Assembly: GCF_009914755.1 (NCBI RefSeq)
Contig: NC_060926.1
Reading direction: 5' to 3' (one strand)
DNA length: 64,000 nt
DNA from: the human T2T-CHM13v2.0 reference genome, Homo sapiens
Both the position numbers and the translations under genes were made by a program. How positions within the stretch are numbered: the stretch's first letter is position 1; every line of letters starts with the position of its first letter. A model generated the notes under the pieces. The model was given only the letters and a program-made list of their open reading frames with translations. It was not told the DNA's origin and did not search any database. Positions 14,349 through 29,620 of this stretch are shown in pieces.

Positions 14349-14590
14349 CTTTTTTTTCTTCCAACTTTTATTTTAGGGTTGGGGGCTACCTGGTGCAGGT
14401 TTGTTACATGAGTAAATTACATGCCACTGGGGTTTGGTCTACAAATGATTTCATCACCCAGGTAGTGAACATAGTACCTTATAGGTTGTTCTTCCATCCT
14501 CACCCTCCTCCCACTCTTCACCCTCAAGTAAACCCCTGTGTCTATTGTAGTTCCCCTCTTTGGGTCCATGTACATTTAATGTTAAAATCT
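14349..14590 (-). mobile_element. Old primate L1 (L1PA/L1PB) 3' end
   Basis: PolyT then caacttttattttagg...gtgcaggtttgttacatg...atcacccaggtagtgaacatagtacc. Confidence 0.8.
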
Positions 14591-14749
14591 ACTTTTGTCT
14601 AAATATGTGACTACCACTTCTACACCAAGGAAGCTGTGAGATATCAATAGTACAAGTTTACTGATGATGATTACAATGATGATGATGGTAATATCTATGT
14701 AATACTAATATACAATTAAATAATAAAATAATTATATAAAACAGTTAAA

Positions 14750-15250
14750 TCTTCATTAATATTTGTTGAGTGCTTGCTCTATGCCAGATACTATACTAGG
14801 CAATGGGGATAAGCTCTTGAGCAAAATCAGACATGGTATTTTTCATGCATTATCTTATTTAATAGGTCTATTAATTAGGCACAATTATTTTCCCATTTTG
14901 TAGATGAGAAATTGTGACATTGGAAGCTTAACTAAATTGCTCATGATCATACAGCCCATAAATTGGTGTGATATAGCGGTTATTTGAACCCAGGAGTGAC
15001 TCCAAAGTTATTAACCATTACATTGTATAATTTTAGAAGAAAAGAGATTAAGTTAGGCCTAAAAGGTAACATCTATTGGCAAGTGCAGCAGATACTAATA
15101 GATGCACCAGCATCCTCCATGGACTGGGCATTACTACACACCAGACACTGTTTAACATGTGGAATATATGTTTTCTCTAATCTTCACAGCGATTCTAGTG
15201 GTAGGTATTATTATCCTCATTTTACAGGTGAGTCAACAAAGGCTCAAGTA
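14750..15250 (-). mobile_element. Cluster of L2 and MIR fragments
   Basis: atatttgttgagtgctt...ctatgccag (L2 tail); cccattttgtagatgagaaa and cctcattttacaggtgag (MIR cores). Confidence 0.6.
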
Positions 15251-18187
15251 GGAGAAAGAGGCAGGGAACAGGGCAAAGTCAGGTGAGATGCTTGAAAACT
15301 TCCCAGCTCTTGAAGTCTTTACGGCATAACTTTTGAATTATATTTTAAAGACAGGAAAACTTTCTGAATTCAGACTCAATAAACCCAGAATTTGTAATAT
15401 TGAGACACTGAATCATAGACTTTTACAACTGAAAAAGACCTGAGAGATTATCTGGTCTAAGCTCTTCATGGGACTTCGGATTGAGTATAAAATTGGATAA
15501 ATCTTAGGTAGCTCAAAACTTTTATTTTATTCATATGTTATGATTTGTAGGCCAATCACGACTTGCTATTTTGAACAACCTACTCAATTTGAGTGAATTA
15601 GTAGCCATTTCAATCAATTTATAACTACATTTGTATGTAGGAACAGTATAATTCATTATAAATATTTTACATTTGTGATATTAACTAATTCAGATAGGAG
15701 TTTACAAACAAGGTTCCTCTTGGTGGAAGAATGAGATATGAATGATATTTTATTATCCAAAGAAGTCTCAGGACCTGAGGCACACATATTCCAGGGTAGA
15801 AAAGCACATTCCCCAAGTGAAATAAAAGTCTTCTCTTTCTCTCTCCCTTCCCCCCGTCTCTATTTCTATTTCTTTTATTTCCATGCCACTGCTGCATTGT
15901 ATTGTCTTGGACAAGTGAGGCTACATTATGTTTTAAAACTTTTGTCCTCTGGTCATCCATAGGACCTAGAATGCTTCCCACTCCCAGGTCATTAAAAAAA
16001 AATAACTTGGGTAGAAAAGATTTTGTTATTGGTGAAATTGAAGGCTCACCTGAATTTACTTTAATGGAGAACCCTAACTCCCTAGAGCAAAATGTCTGCA
16101 AAGATATCACTGGGAGCTCAGAGGAAAATATTATGTTCTAACCTTTTAAAAATTAATCCAACTATTAAGAGGGATCCCAACTGTATTTCATTCAAGCCAT
16201 AATCTGAAAGGTATGATGATTAAAGCAAGACAAATGTAGTGTCATAAGCAAATGTCATGCCATAGATTTACCTACCAACAAGACATTGGCATGGTTCAGG
16301 TCAGAGGTTAATTAAAGACATCGAAAGGTCATTCTGTGATTAGGTGAAAGCAGGGTTTTAATAGGGCATCAGTCCGACCCACACTGACAGAAGATTTATG
16401 CCAGCCGTGATGACATCGCCACGAATCCTGCTGATAACAAGAGCCTCAATATTGGCCTGAACAGAATGATGAATGGAGCACATATCTCCTCACACTTCTC
16501 ATTACAAGCTCTTTCACTCCTGGTGGCACTTAACAGCATTTATTTACTGAGGTTTGAAGGTGTGGGACAGCAGAACAGGATATCTAATACTTTTAAATGT
16601 AGACTTGTGATATAAAAATGAAACAAGAGATAAGATTAGGTCTTTGAATAATTGCACAGCTTTTCTTCCAAGATTATATTCACTAGTACTAACATTATCC
16701 CCCCTCCATGTTCTGCCAGTGTGTGAGCAGTTCAAGAAAATTAATTGTCTGAGGCAGAAGGTCAGAGGGAAAAAATTACTGATAAGCATTAACCACGCTA
16801 TAAAATAGCACCTCACCACATTTTGCCTTCCACAGCCCTCAGCATGTGAAACAAAAGATAATATAAAGAAAAGGATATACATATTTCCCCCTATGCCATA
16901 TTTAGAGTTGTTAAGTGCTGTTCTTATTTGGATTAGATTAGGTAAAGCATCTAGAAAAAAGCCAAATAAATGAAAAAATAAATAAAAATCAAACAAACAA
17001 CTTACAATATTCTCAGCTGAAAGCAAATATAAGAGAAACTAAAACCCTGATGAATAACGTTTACTTTTCCACGAAACTCCTTTTCAACATGTTATATATT
17101 TATCAAACCACCAGAGTGTAAATTCCATGAATAAGTCCTATCATCTCTCAACCAGTAGACACCATGAAAATTGTAACTACAGAAAATTGTTAGTACTATA
17201 AAAGCGTACTTTCTACAGATCTACATATATCTATTTCTGTAATTTCACAATAGAAAATAAAATCATAATCTTTTTGCTTGGGCCACGAACAGGGGCAGGC
17301 CAGGATAGGATCCCATCACATCTAACCCCAAGCAATGCTCCCATTTATTCGGAAACAAAGATGAGTCACTCTGACGGAAGTGCTGGAGCTGGTGACCTGC
17401 GGCAGGAGAGCTGTGAGAATCTTGTCTTTCCTCTTTTGAGGCAATTGTATTTGTGGATAGAACAAATTTTAGGTGGCTTTACACCAATTAATAATCCAGC
17501 CCAGCACATACAACTGCTCGGAGCCATGAAAATGCACATATGCATGTGTCAACCACACACACAACTTTCAGTCCTGCTCCTCGGCACTGAACAAACTAAA
17601 CAGACATTTTCAGTGGTGGATTTAACCCCACCTTGAGCATATAAAAGCCACTAATAAAGAGGGGGATTTCCTGGTTGACTTTTTGAAAAGAGACTTCTTT
17701 CGGCACTTTTAGCTTAGGATTTTCATTTGCCCTGACAAATGTTCATGGGAGAGGTCTAAAGAATAGATAATAAGGCCTTGCAAAGAGCTTCTTGTCCCTT
17801 CCAGTCTGATCCATTGGAGGTTTATTTATGTAAGCATCCTCCAGCATTAAGACGACAGGCAGTTGGAGAGCAGTCTTGCCTGGGATGATAGGTCTCAGCC
17901 AGGCTACTCATTCCACCAGATGCACGGAGCTGGACCGGGATTCCAAGTGGCCATTAGGAAGATTGGCGTGACGGCCATCAGAAAACTGTATTGATCAATT
18001 TTTGCCAGTCCACATTCTGTCTGCTAGTATACATGGAGAGCTTCAGTCTTGTGTGTGGCGAGAGAGGGGATTGTAAATGCTTTGGGGCAGTTGGAATCAG
18101 TGTACTGTATAGTTTATGGAAAAAGTACTAAGGTTATATAATTTGTGTAAAAAAAGATAATGTTTCCCCAGCTACCATGGAGAAATA

Positions 18188-19351
18188 CAGTCATGTGTCG
18201 CATAACAACATTTTAGTCAGTGATGGGACGTACACACAATGGTGGCCCCGTAATATAATGGAGCTGAAAAATTCCTATGGCTTTGTGGTGTCATAGGCAT
18301 CTTAATGTTGTGGCACAATGCATTACTCACATGTTTATGTTGATGCTGGTGTAAACAAACCTACTGCACTTCCAATTGTATACAAGTATAGCACACACAA
18401 TAACATACAGTTATGTTCCGTACATACTTCATAATGATAATAAATGAACATGTTACTGCTTTACTGTATTTTTGTCATTTTACTTGTACTCTTCAACTTA
18501 TATTTTAAAAAGTTAACTGTAAAACAGCCTCAGATAGGTTATTCCAGAAGAAGGCATTGTTATCCTAGGAGATGACAGCTCCACGCATGTTACTGTCCCT
18601 AAAGACCTTCTAGTGGAACAAGATGTGGAGGTGGAAGACAGTGATATTTAGGACCCTGACCTTGTGTAAGCCTAGGTTGGTGTGTGTGTTTGTGTCTTAG
18701 ATCTTAACAAACAAATTTAAAAAGTTAAAAAATATTTAAGAATAGAAAAAAGCTTATAGAATAAGGATATACAATTTCTTGTACATTTATACTCTTTAAA
18801 GCTAAGTGTTATTACAAAAGAGTCAAAAAGCTTAAAAAGAAGTTCAGAAAGTTAAAAAGTTACAGTAAACTAAAGTTAACATACTATCAAAGAATTAAAA
18901 AATAAATTTAATGAAGCTTCAGTGTACAGTGTTTATGAAGTCTACAGTATGTACGGTAATGCCATAGGCCTTCTCATTCACTCACCACGCACTCTTACTC
19001 ACCCATAGCAGCTTCCAGTCCTGCAAACTCCATTCATGGTAAGTGCCCTACAGAGGTGTGCCACTTTAAATCTTTTGCACTGTATTCTTGCTGTACCTTT
19101 TCTATGTTTCGATATGCTTAGGTACACAAATAGTTACCATTGTGCTACGATTGCTTACAGTATTCAGTACAGTAACACACTATACAGGTTTACAGCCCCG
19201 GAGCAATAGGCTATCCCATACAGCCTAGGTGTGTAGGAGGCTGTGTCATCTAGGTTTGTGTATGTACACTCTATGATGGTCACACAATGATGAAATTGCC
19301 TAATGATGTGTTTCTCAGAACATATCCCCATGGTTAAGTGATGTGTGGTTG
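18188..19351 (+). mobile_element. Tigger3b/MER7 (Golem) non-autonomous Tc1/mariner DNA transposon, ~1.16 kb
   Basis: TA|cagtcatgtgtcgcataac at the left end, degenerate inverse gttaagtgatgtgtggttg|TA at the right end; internal sequence is Tigger3-like. Confidence 0.82.
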
Positions 19352-19737
19352 TAAGTTGCCACCCCTTTGAGGTTTATCTTATTTTCAGAGAAAAATTGAA
19401 GCTAACCAACGTAAACAGCTTGTGTACACTTCCCATCTCAAACCACTAGACTGAAGTGGTATGAAAACAACATGACATATTTTACTTTCTCCTTGTTGGC
19501 ACCAGGAATAAGCATTCTTTTGCAGGGAATTTTGGGTTAATTGTGCTTTAAAAAATCAATTAGCTAGCTTATTGATAACCTATTCTGTGCTAGATACTAC
19601 AAAGGACTCAAAAAGTACAAATCATAGCCCTGCTCTTAGTGGGCTTGAAACTCATTGAGAAGACCTGTGGAAACACTGAAGTATATGTATCAATAAGAAG
19701 CAAGGCTGCATGTGATTATTAGAGAAATGGTATAGAC

Positions 19738-19954
19738 CAGAGTTCAGCAAGTTTTCTTTGTAAATGACCGATAGTAAATATGTTTGCTTGCATGTTGTAT
19801 GTTCTGTCTTAGCTACTCAATTCTGCCATTGTCACAAGAAAGCTGCCACAGATAGTATGTACATGAACGGGCATGGCTGTGTTATAATAAAATTGTATTT
19901 ATAAAAATAGGTGGTAGGCTGAATTTGGCCAGAGGACCATACTTCCTGAACTCT
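19738..19954. mobile_element. MER58A hAT DNA transposon
   Basis: ctactcaattctgccattg...gggcatggctgtgtt..aataaaatt..tttataaaaataggtgg...tttggcc. Confidence 0.75.
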
Positions 19955-22354
19955 GTATCCATGTTAAATACTATGAATATTCAGGAAAATGAGGACGACA
20001 TGTTACAGTGGGTGGAAAGGGAAGTCTTCATGCAGTAGCAGGGGATTGAAGACTATGTAGGAATTAGCGTAAAGAGGAGACATTGTTGATGGGAGCACAG
20101 TGTAAACAAAAGCTACATGTTCTAGGAAGGCTCCATGTAGTGATTAGCTGGAGTAAAAATGGAAAAAGTGGGCCTCTCCGTGAAAGCCACCCAAGAAGGA
20201 AGGGCATTCCACTTCTGTTAGACAACTGCCCAGAAATTATGTGTGTAAGTCAGGTCCTCAGCTGTATTTTCCTAAAACCATGGTGCCCTGGTTAGGTCCT
20301 TTTGCCTTTCCACCTGGCTGTTTTTCTAGCCTATCTCTTTCTGCAGCATTGGCATTTCCGGCTCCAGAATATAGAGATGCCAGCCCACAGGAGGGATGAC
20401 TTAAAGTTTTATGAGTATTTGGGAGTGTTTCTTTGTGATGTTTTCTCCATATTGTCAGGAGCTTGGTCACCAATCCAAGTGATCAAGGTAATTCTGAATG
20501 TCTGTGTCTCTGATGACAAGAGCTCCCAGTTTAAGCCAAACCCTTAAGTCAAATTGGCAGCATTTCTCAAAGTATATCAATAGAATACTAGTTTGCCCAG
20601 ATGATCCCAGGAAAGAGGGTTCTTTGGTGCAAACCATGCTTCCTCTTGAAGATTGACAAGGTACACTGCTACATTAAAGGGCATGAGAAATCCTTTTGCA
20701 AAGACATCTTTTTAACTTGTACAACTATAACTTTTCCCAACATTTGACCACAGAACCCTCTTCCATGTAGTGTCTATGAACATCTCATAGAACTTAATTT
20801 GGAAAACAACAATTCAGGGAAGCAGATGTGGAAATAAATATTGGTAACAGTTACTAGTCATGGCTTCAAGTTAACATGAAACACACATGCACAGAGACAC
20901 ACATGCACAGGGGCACACACAGAGGTGAGAGAATGAGAGGGATTTAAAAACTCCAGTGACTCTTGAGGGATATAAGCAAAGGGTAGAATTGAGCCTTCTT
21001 ATTTATTGTAGCTACTTTAAAAGTCTATCCACTCCTCATCCCCAATGTGCCAAGCAATTGTGGGTGAACAGGAGTACTAAAATGCTGACATATGATAGCA
21101 AAAAATTGAGAGCAGAGTATTTAAACTTATTTTCTTCTTTTTTCCTTCTTGTTGATGTTAAACTTCTGGCTTTGTTTCCTTTTTTCATATCTGTCTGGAG
21201 CCTTTGTTTGACTGAAAACATGAAAATGATTGTCATCTTGAGCTATTCTTGGCAGGCAGGACTAAGCTTAGAGGGAAAACAAATGTATGATTAGCAAGTA
21301 CATCAATATCCCAATCCAGGGCTAACTCCCCTCATCTGTAGAGCGGAGAAAGAGCTGTGCAGAGGAGCAAAGCAACCATGAATTTCATTGAAGCATCTGG
21401 AGAACTCACTGGGAGATTCTGTGAAATTTGCTGCAAACAAGTCAGACATTATAATCTAATTAAACATAATCATATGTCGAAGAGGCTCTAGGTAGCATCT
21501 CATAGAATTTTCTTTTCCTTCTTCTGTATGCTTTCGGGACATCCTAATTTTTATGCACTGCATTGTTCTCTAGTTCTGTCGACTTGTTCGCCTAGTATTT
21601 ATTAAGGACCTACTAGATAACAAGCACTGGCAAATTAATGAAGGATACGACATGATCCCTGCCTTGGAGAAGCTGATAATCCAGATGGGGAGAGAGACAC
21701 AGAAACCAACAAATGTAATCAAGTGTTATAAACGTTACGTGGATATCTGCATAGGGATAGGACAATCCAAAAGAGACAGTTGTCAGTTCTACCTGAAATG
21801 ACAGGAGAAGTTTCATGCAGGGATAACTGTAGAACAGAATCTGGAAAAATGAGCAAGTGTGAAACAACAAGCAACCTATACCAAACAGATCCTTGCATCC
21901 TCCAGAAATATTTTGCTGGTTGGTTCCACGCACATTCGGATGATCAGAACATTCTTGAACCCATTCCATTCCTATAACACCTTGTAATTGAGAATACTGT
22001 AGCACCAGGGATCTTTAAAGTGCTTTATGTGAACCCTAGGGTGGGGGGTGTTCAAGAAGATCCACTAGACTGGGGAAAAAATGCCAAAACTTTAAAACTT
22101 TTATCTTATCTTTATGAAACATCTATTTTTGAGATTGTTTCATAATGTGCATATAGCAAAATAGTACATGTTTATAACTTATAAATAAATATACCTATTG
22201 ACGGTGCATAGTGTATTTTTTTTAACTAATGGAGCGCATGATCAAAAAACTTGTAGACCATCAGTATTCATTATTCACCTATGAAGTGATTGCATGCTGA
22301 AGTTTTAGGTGGACATGGAGTTTTGAGAACACTCTTCAGCTCAAACCAATTTAA

Positions 22355-22667
<313 letters not shown>

Positions 22668-23475
22668 TAAATCTGTATTATTGATATGCAAAATGCTATA
22701 TTAAGTTGAAAATGCATTAAATAGCAGTATGCCTGGTGTGGTTCCATTTTTGTATTAAAAAGTGTATGTTAATATTTGTGTATACATACATAGAAAAATG
22801 TCTGGAAGAGCATACACCAAAATGCTAATGATTATCTCTGTGTGGCAGGATTATGAGTGACTTGTTTTTCTCTCTATTCTTTGCCATACAGTCTGAATGT
22901 TTTGCTATAAAGAGAAAATTTAAAAAAAATTCTAATTCCTTTTTTTTTGAAACAACTCCATTTTTGGCTCAACATTTCCCTAACATTTTAATGATGAATT
23001 ATGAATCCTTATATCATTGTAAGTATCATTAATACTTTTGATGCTTGCAGAAAATCACTTGGGGAAAAAATGGTTAGAAACGATTTTCCTTTATGTTTGT
23101 AAGATAGCACTTCATCAGCTATGTCTTTTGTCACTATGTGTATCCCTCTGTCCCCCAATTAACTACAAAAAGTCCCTAAGTCCAATTTTTAACTTCTTGG
23201 TTATGGTTGTACATCTTTTTCCTCAAAAGAATCTTTAGATATCAGGCAAAAGATTTTAAAAGCATTTTACAGTGTGAATCAATATCTCTTTAATTTTTCC
23301 ACATGCAAAAACTTCATCTTCTCACTAATATTGTGACCCAAGGAAAAGATTGTCTTAGATTTCTTTGCCTTCCTACTGTGGCAACCTAGCTCTGAATAGA
23401 AATCAGCTAAAAAAAAGTGGTTATCTGAATGACCAATCTCTCTATATAAAGATACCTTTTAAAAATAAATGTTTG

Positions 23476-23781
23476 GGCCAGGTGTGATGGCTCACACCTG
23501 TAATCCCAGCACTTTGAGAGGCTGAGGCGGGTAGATCACTGGAGGTCAGGAGTTCATGATCAGCCTGACCAACATGGCGAAACCCTGTCTCTACCAAAAA
23601 TACAAAAATTAGCCAGGCGTGGTGGCACATGCCTGTAATCTCAGCTACTCGGGAGACTGAGGCAAGAGAAGCACTTGAACCCAGGAGGCGGAGGTTGCAG
23701 TGAGCTGAGATCACACCATTGCACAACAGCTTGGGCGACAGAGCGAAACTCCATCTCAAAAAATAAATAATTAAATAAATA
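23476..23781 (+). mobile_element. AluS (Sx/Sq-like)
   Basis: Full dimer ggccaggtgtgatggctcac...ccatctcaaaaaataaataa. Confidence 0.93.
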
Positions 23782-24253
23782 ATGTTGGGTTTCCATAATT
23801 ATCTAATGTTTCATGAGAAATGGAAAGGTTTTCCCTAGTATATATGTCTTTTATTTGCCGCAAATCTGTTTTTCTCAACATCTTAGTCGTTGATATGATA
23901 CAGTCAGCTATTTGGATGGAATTATCTCTCTACTTGCTATTTCTATGTTAGAGTTCCAATCCCTAGGAGTATTTAGACTATTTTTGTCACTACCTTTGCA
24001 ATTTTAGTTTCATGTTTTGCAACATGAAAAACTTTGGAGACTCTTAAAATTAAGATTAACGCTGAGAATATTAACAGATGTATATACAAAATCTGCTATG
24101 AGTCCCCTACCAGGCTGAGAACTCTTCGAAGGCACAAACTGGATTTCTTTCCTTACTATAACCCATATGTAGCACCTTACTGTGTAGATATTTGCCATTT
24201 TTTACTCCCCTGCATAGCTGCAGATTTTTTAATAGGCCCTTGAGCCCTCTACA

Positions 24254-24689
24254 CAGTTGACCCTGGAATGACACAGGTTTGAACTATGCTGGTCCACTTA
24301 TATGCAAATTTTCCTCTCCCTCTGACACTCCTGACACAGTAAGACCAACCCCTTTTCTTTCTCCTCTTCCTCAGCCTCAACAATGTAGGATGAGGAGGAT
24401 GAAGTCCTTTATAATGATCCACTTCCACTTAATGAATAGTAAATATATTTTCTCTTCTTTGCAATTAATATCATTTTTTTCTCTAGTTTACTTTATTGTA
24501 AGAATAAAATATATAATACATATATAAAATATGTGCTAAACAACTGTTTAATGTTATAAGTAAGGCTTCTGGTCAACAGTAAGCTATTGTAATAGTAGTT
24601 AAGTTTTGAGAGAATCAAAAGTTATGCATGGATTTTTGACTATGCGGGGAGCTGGTGCCCTTAACCCTGCATTGTGCAATGGTCACCTG
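24254..24689 (+). mobile_element. Tigger2a (MER28) DNA transposon
   Basis: TIR cagttgaccctggaatgac ... caatggtcacctg; internal ggtttgaactatgctggtccacttatatgc. Confidence 0.8.
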
Positions 24690-27600
24690 CATTTGTTTTT
24701 TGTGTGTGGGGAGAGGAAGGCTAATATCTCCTACTGAACCATCTTGGTGATGTCACTGCTCTGTACCTAGCACCATATCTGGCCCACGGCGCTCACTGAA
24801 TGTACTTGCTAATGTGACTTCTAAGACTCTAGACCTCTCAACAGCCTTATTAGACTGAAATTCTGAATATTCCTTTCCCATCAGGGATGAGCAGTGACAG
24901 TACCTGGCTGAGGCCAAGGAGAAAGAGGGCCAGGAATTTCTTCTTACCCTGCTTTTGAGCATGCAAACTCTCCCTTGGGATATAAAGCATGCAAGTGTCT
25001 TGTCCCTCAGCTCTGGACACACTTACCTCTAGCCTGTGATTTAGGGATGCAAGAAGATAAGCAGTGGGAAAAGGAATTTCTCTAGTGAGTATGAAAAGAA
25101 TTAAAGATCAAGAATATATTGCCAGCTCCCTATGTATCCCACCCACCTCAGTCATCAGCCAGACACAGCATGTGAAACAATCCCTCTGCCTCTGCACCTC
25201 TAACCCCTGCCATACATATTCTCTAAAGGGACACCATGTTTGAACACCATGTGTGGCTCCTGGGGTGAGCAAACCCATGACACACATGCTCAGACAATGT
25301 CCATGAGCTCCACCAACCTCTAGGAAGAGTGTGGTGATGGACTGTGCTCACATATTATTTGGTGAGTGTGTGGTGAGGGGGTGGTTGGGGATAGCCAGGG
25401 CCAAATAGGCTCAGTGTTTCAGGAGAGGCAAGCACAAATACTGGATCCCATTATTTCCTGGAGAGACTGTGAGGACCCCAGAAGAACTTTGGTTTACACA
25501 GTGGGGGCAGCTGTTGCCTCAATGCCAATGGTAATTTCTTCAGTGGAGATAGTGAGACAGAGTCCTAATTGTAGAGGGAATTCTCCATCCCTTTCTCAGA
25601 CTACCTAAAAGATACAGTGCCAAAGCCTGCTGGCTGTTATCATTGTGTGACTGCTGGCATGCCTGAACTTGGTATTGTTTTAGCAATTATCTCTCAGAGA
25701 AAGGAGGTAACATTTGTTAAGAGAGGAGAACAGATTACCCGGTGGCTTCATTTAGAACAGTCTTCCAGATAATATCAGAAGTAGAGCACGCCTTCTTGCT
25801 AGAATATGAAAGAAAAGAAAGCAGCTGAATCAATTGGGAAGCTGAATAACTGAACAACATCCCATATAATTACTGGAGCAGCAAAGAAATGCCTATGTTA
25901 GTTATTTGCAACACTTCTTGCTTCAAAAAAAGAGAAGCTTAAAAACATCAATAAAGACAGATGTAAAATCTCTGTTTCAAGACTCCCAGTTGACACTGAT
26001 AGATTCCTACTGAAAAAAAAGATGTTTCCAAAAAGTAAAATAAAATCTTACTGCAAATATAGTAAAATTGCAAAGGAGGGGAGAAAAGTAGCCTCAGATC
26101 TGTGAGAAATGTCAATCTGCAAAGTCCATTATCCAAAGACCTTGTACATCAATACTAGATTTGAATTATGGAGCTGAGTTGCGCCTTCATTTAGACGGTG
26201 TTTCCCCAAGTAGCCAGATAATATCAATATCTTGCATTTATATGATGATCATCTTCCCAGATGGCTTCATTAAATTGTATGTTTTATGAGACCCACTTTC
26301 TGAAATGTGGTCATCTCTGAATGAGAATGATGCTCCTGGGTAACTTGGGGCAAGGGAAAAATCGTGTTTTGCATTTATGCTGTCTTTCTATCAGTGATCA
26401 TAAAAATCTTCAGTTAGCAAGCATTTCCTGAGCATCTGCATGGGCAGAGCCCGAGACGAGGCTCTGTGTGGTAACATACAGAAGATTAAAAGGTGTGGTC
26501 CCAACCCTCCAATACCTCAGTCTCCATTAAGAACAATTTTTCTGTTTCACAAATGTGAAAACTTGTGGCCAGACAAGTTTAGAGAATTGGAGAAGATGAT
26601 GTAGTAAATTTGTTCCAGAGATAGGAGCCCTCATTTCTAGGATTGGGTCTACATGGTTTTGAGAATAACATCTAAAAATATTTAAAATATGTCAAACCTG
26701 CATTTAAGTGTTAACACTTTGGTTTTTGTTAAGGGAGAAAAGACTAGTTCCCAATTAGGAAAATGAAAAAGGGTCTGTTACGTTGTCAATATGAATTTGT
26801 AAATATTTCTAAATATCTAAGTCTTGTGGTAATTGTAGTGGAGGGACAAAAGGAGGGCAGGCTTCCAACTCTGAAGAATTTGGCTGATTTTAGAAGTAAA
26901 ATCATTGCTGATATGTGGTAATTTCAAAGAAATAAGAAGTCTCCCTTGTGCCTTGAATGAAGATTCACTTTGTTGGCTTATTTCTTCCTACCTTGTAAAA
27001 TTGCTAGTACTCTAGGAGAAGTCCCACATTCAGCCAACCCAGAAAAATGTCTGGCACACAGCAAACACTCCATGAACAATTATGAGGAATTCACGCTGTG
27101 TAGATGAGTTTCTCATAGCCTTTCCTAAGAACCTAGATTTTAATGGGTTTGGAAGTAGGGTGGGGTGGGGAGAGGTCAGAGGTAATAGGTGCCAAGGAAG
27201 GAAAGAAGAAATAAACAAGAGTGAAAAGGATAGCCTAGGGGATGGGGAAAACTTGTCTTTTTAATCTTGTTTAGGGACCATGGTGTGCAATGTACTGTAT
27301 ATCTAGAGATACGGAGATATAAGACTAGTATACTTAAAATACCTGCAAGCTCAGAGATTAGAAATCCCAACTCTAATTCTGATCGATTTGGGATTTGGGG
27401 CAAGTCACTTCACTATACCTGGGCTACAGATATTCCATCTGTTAAGGATATAGACTAGATAATCTCTAAGATCAATTTCTGTTACATAGGATTCTGTTAT
27501 TCTAGCTATATGAGAATATCGGAGCATTTGAAACAGGAAGTAGACGAGTTGTTCTGATGCTTACTTATCTAGATGGAGAGAAGAGACAACATTAAAATCC

Positions 27601-28275
27601 AAAGGCTAATGATCCTTTCTTAATGTAAGTCTAGTCTACCAATCAAAATATATTGGATTCTATACTGTCAACCATAAAAGACCTCAGCCAACTTCGGATG
27701 AATTTGGGTAATGGAAGATTCATCTCTGTTCTAAAATTCTATACTTTTTTTCCTTCTTAAATTAGAATTTTTTTAAAGAAATGTCTAACTTGTGGCTCTA
27801 TCAGTTGGTAATAAAGCTTTTAAATGTTTACTTAAAAATTAAACGTTATCTCCAAAATATTCTACATTTCAAAAACCTTTCCCACGAAATAAAAATGCTA
27901 GATTATGTATTAAAATTACAGGTGCTGCAGGAATTCAGAAAGTAGAAAGATCCTTGTGGTCAATAGGTAACCAAGAAAACCTTCAAAGTAAAAATGAGGT
28001 TCAAAGTTGGGCCCTGAGGGAATTTAAGACTGGGATTTTTGGAGAAGGGGGCTTTCCAGGTTTAAGAGGATCTTCCAAAGAGCAGGGCTTTCCAAATGCA
28101 CACAGATGAACTATTCTGCTTGAGGATGAAGTTTTCACTGCTCCATGACTACTAACAAAACTAAAGGGCAATGTAGTCAGTATGTCCAATAACTAAATCA
28201 AAGCAATTTAAAGGACTACCCCTTATTCTGAGACAGTGTCCTTCCTTGTTTTAGTGTTAAAACATCCTTTTATAA

Positions 28276-28579
<304 letters not shown>

Positions 28580-29499
28580 GATGTTTTCATTTTGAAGTGA
28601 TAGCATCAAATTTGTCTTCCATATGATGGTCTCTCTTGTTCTCTCTTTCTCTTCCTTTGAGATTTTGCTGGCCAATGAAATCTAAAGATCTGTGGACTAC
28701 CAGGTAGGCGAGTATTTCTAAAATGTTTCCTTCATTGTAGCCTTTATCCATGTACACCAAGAAGTCAAGCACAGCTTTCTAGCAAGAGAAAGAACCATTT
28801 AATTTTAGAATTTTGTTTTGCTGTTCTTGTGATACTGTCATGGTAGTAAATGCTGGTCAGGCTTAGCTGTGATGTTGATAGAGTCAAGCTTAATATGCCA
28901 GACCTAGGATGTGTTTCAGGCCTTTCGGTGATATAGCATCCTAGAAAACAACATCTGCTCCGTTTTCAACTTTTACTTGGTTTCCAACCTACATTCCACG
29001 TTGGCAGCAGATCAGCTGCTAAACTGTTTACCAAAGTCCTTGCTTTGTAGAGATTAAATAAACGATTTCATAATTCTCTCTCATTCCATTGATGTAGAGT
29101 GACTAGATCATTAGATTTGCAGTATAAGCATGCCAAGTTTCTTTCTCAGAAGCCAATCTTGGGCATTCAAAGTACTGCTTGCCTCCTGGACACAGGGTAT
29201 TCCCGCCCCTCTAAGCCACCAGGTATATACTCGTTTCCCTCTGGAGGAAACTATGAGGACACAGTGTTTTAGAACAAAACGTTATGGTCTTCCATTTCCA
29301 CAGTTGCCCTTCTATCTCCTGGTCTCTTACTAAGGAGTACAGGGGAACTTTTCATTATGGTAATAGGGCTTGTGCTCTGAGAAGAGATAATGAGCTTTCT
29401 ATATTTTTAATTGGCAAATTGTATATGCGTTTTTATTAGCTCACTATGATCGCTGAGCTGATATGGGGAAAAAAATGGAAACACAAACTCTGATTACAT

Positions 29500-29620
29500 T
29501 TATTTCAACCGAGAGATGAAGGAAACAAAGGTCCAGATTGGGTACTAACTGGCTCAAGGTCACCTAGCTAGTTAGCTGAAGTACAAGGACTTGAAGTTGA
29601 TCTAATGTTCTCTCTCCTAC
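29500..29620 (-). mobile_element. MIR fragment
   Basis: gagatgaaggaaac...ctcaaggtcacctagctagtta. Confidence 0.55.

Noticed and set aside
23442-23759. Alu-derived ORFs (also 28276, 38664, 51488, 56266, 63429)
   Set aside because: They are translations of Alu consensus sequence, not genes.
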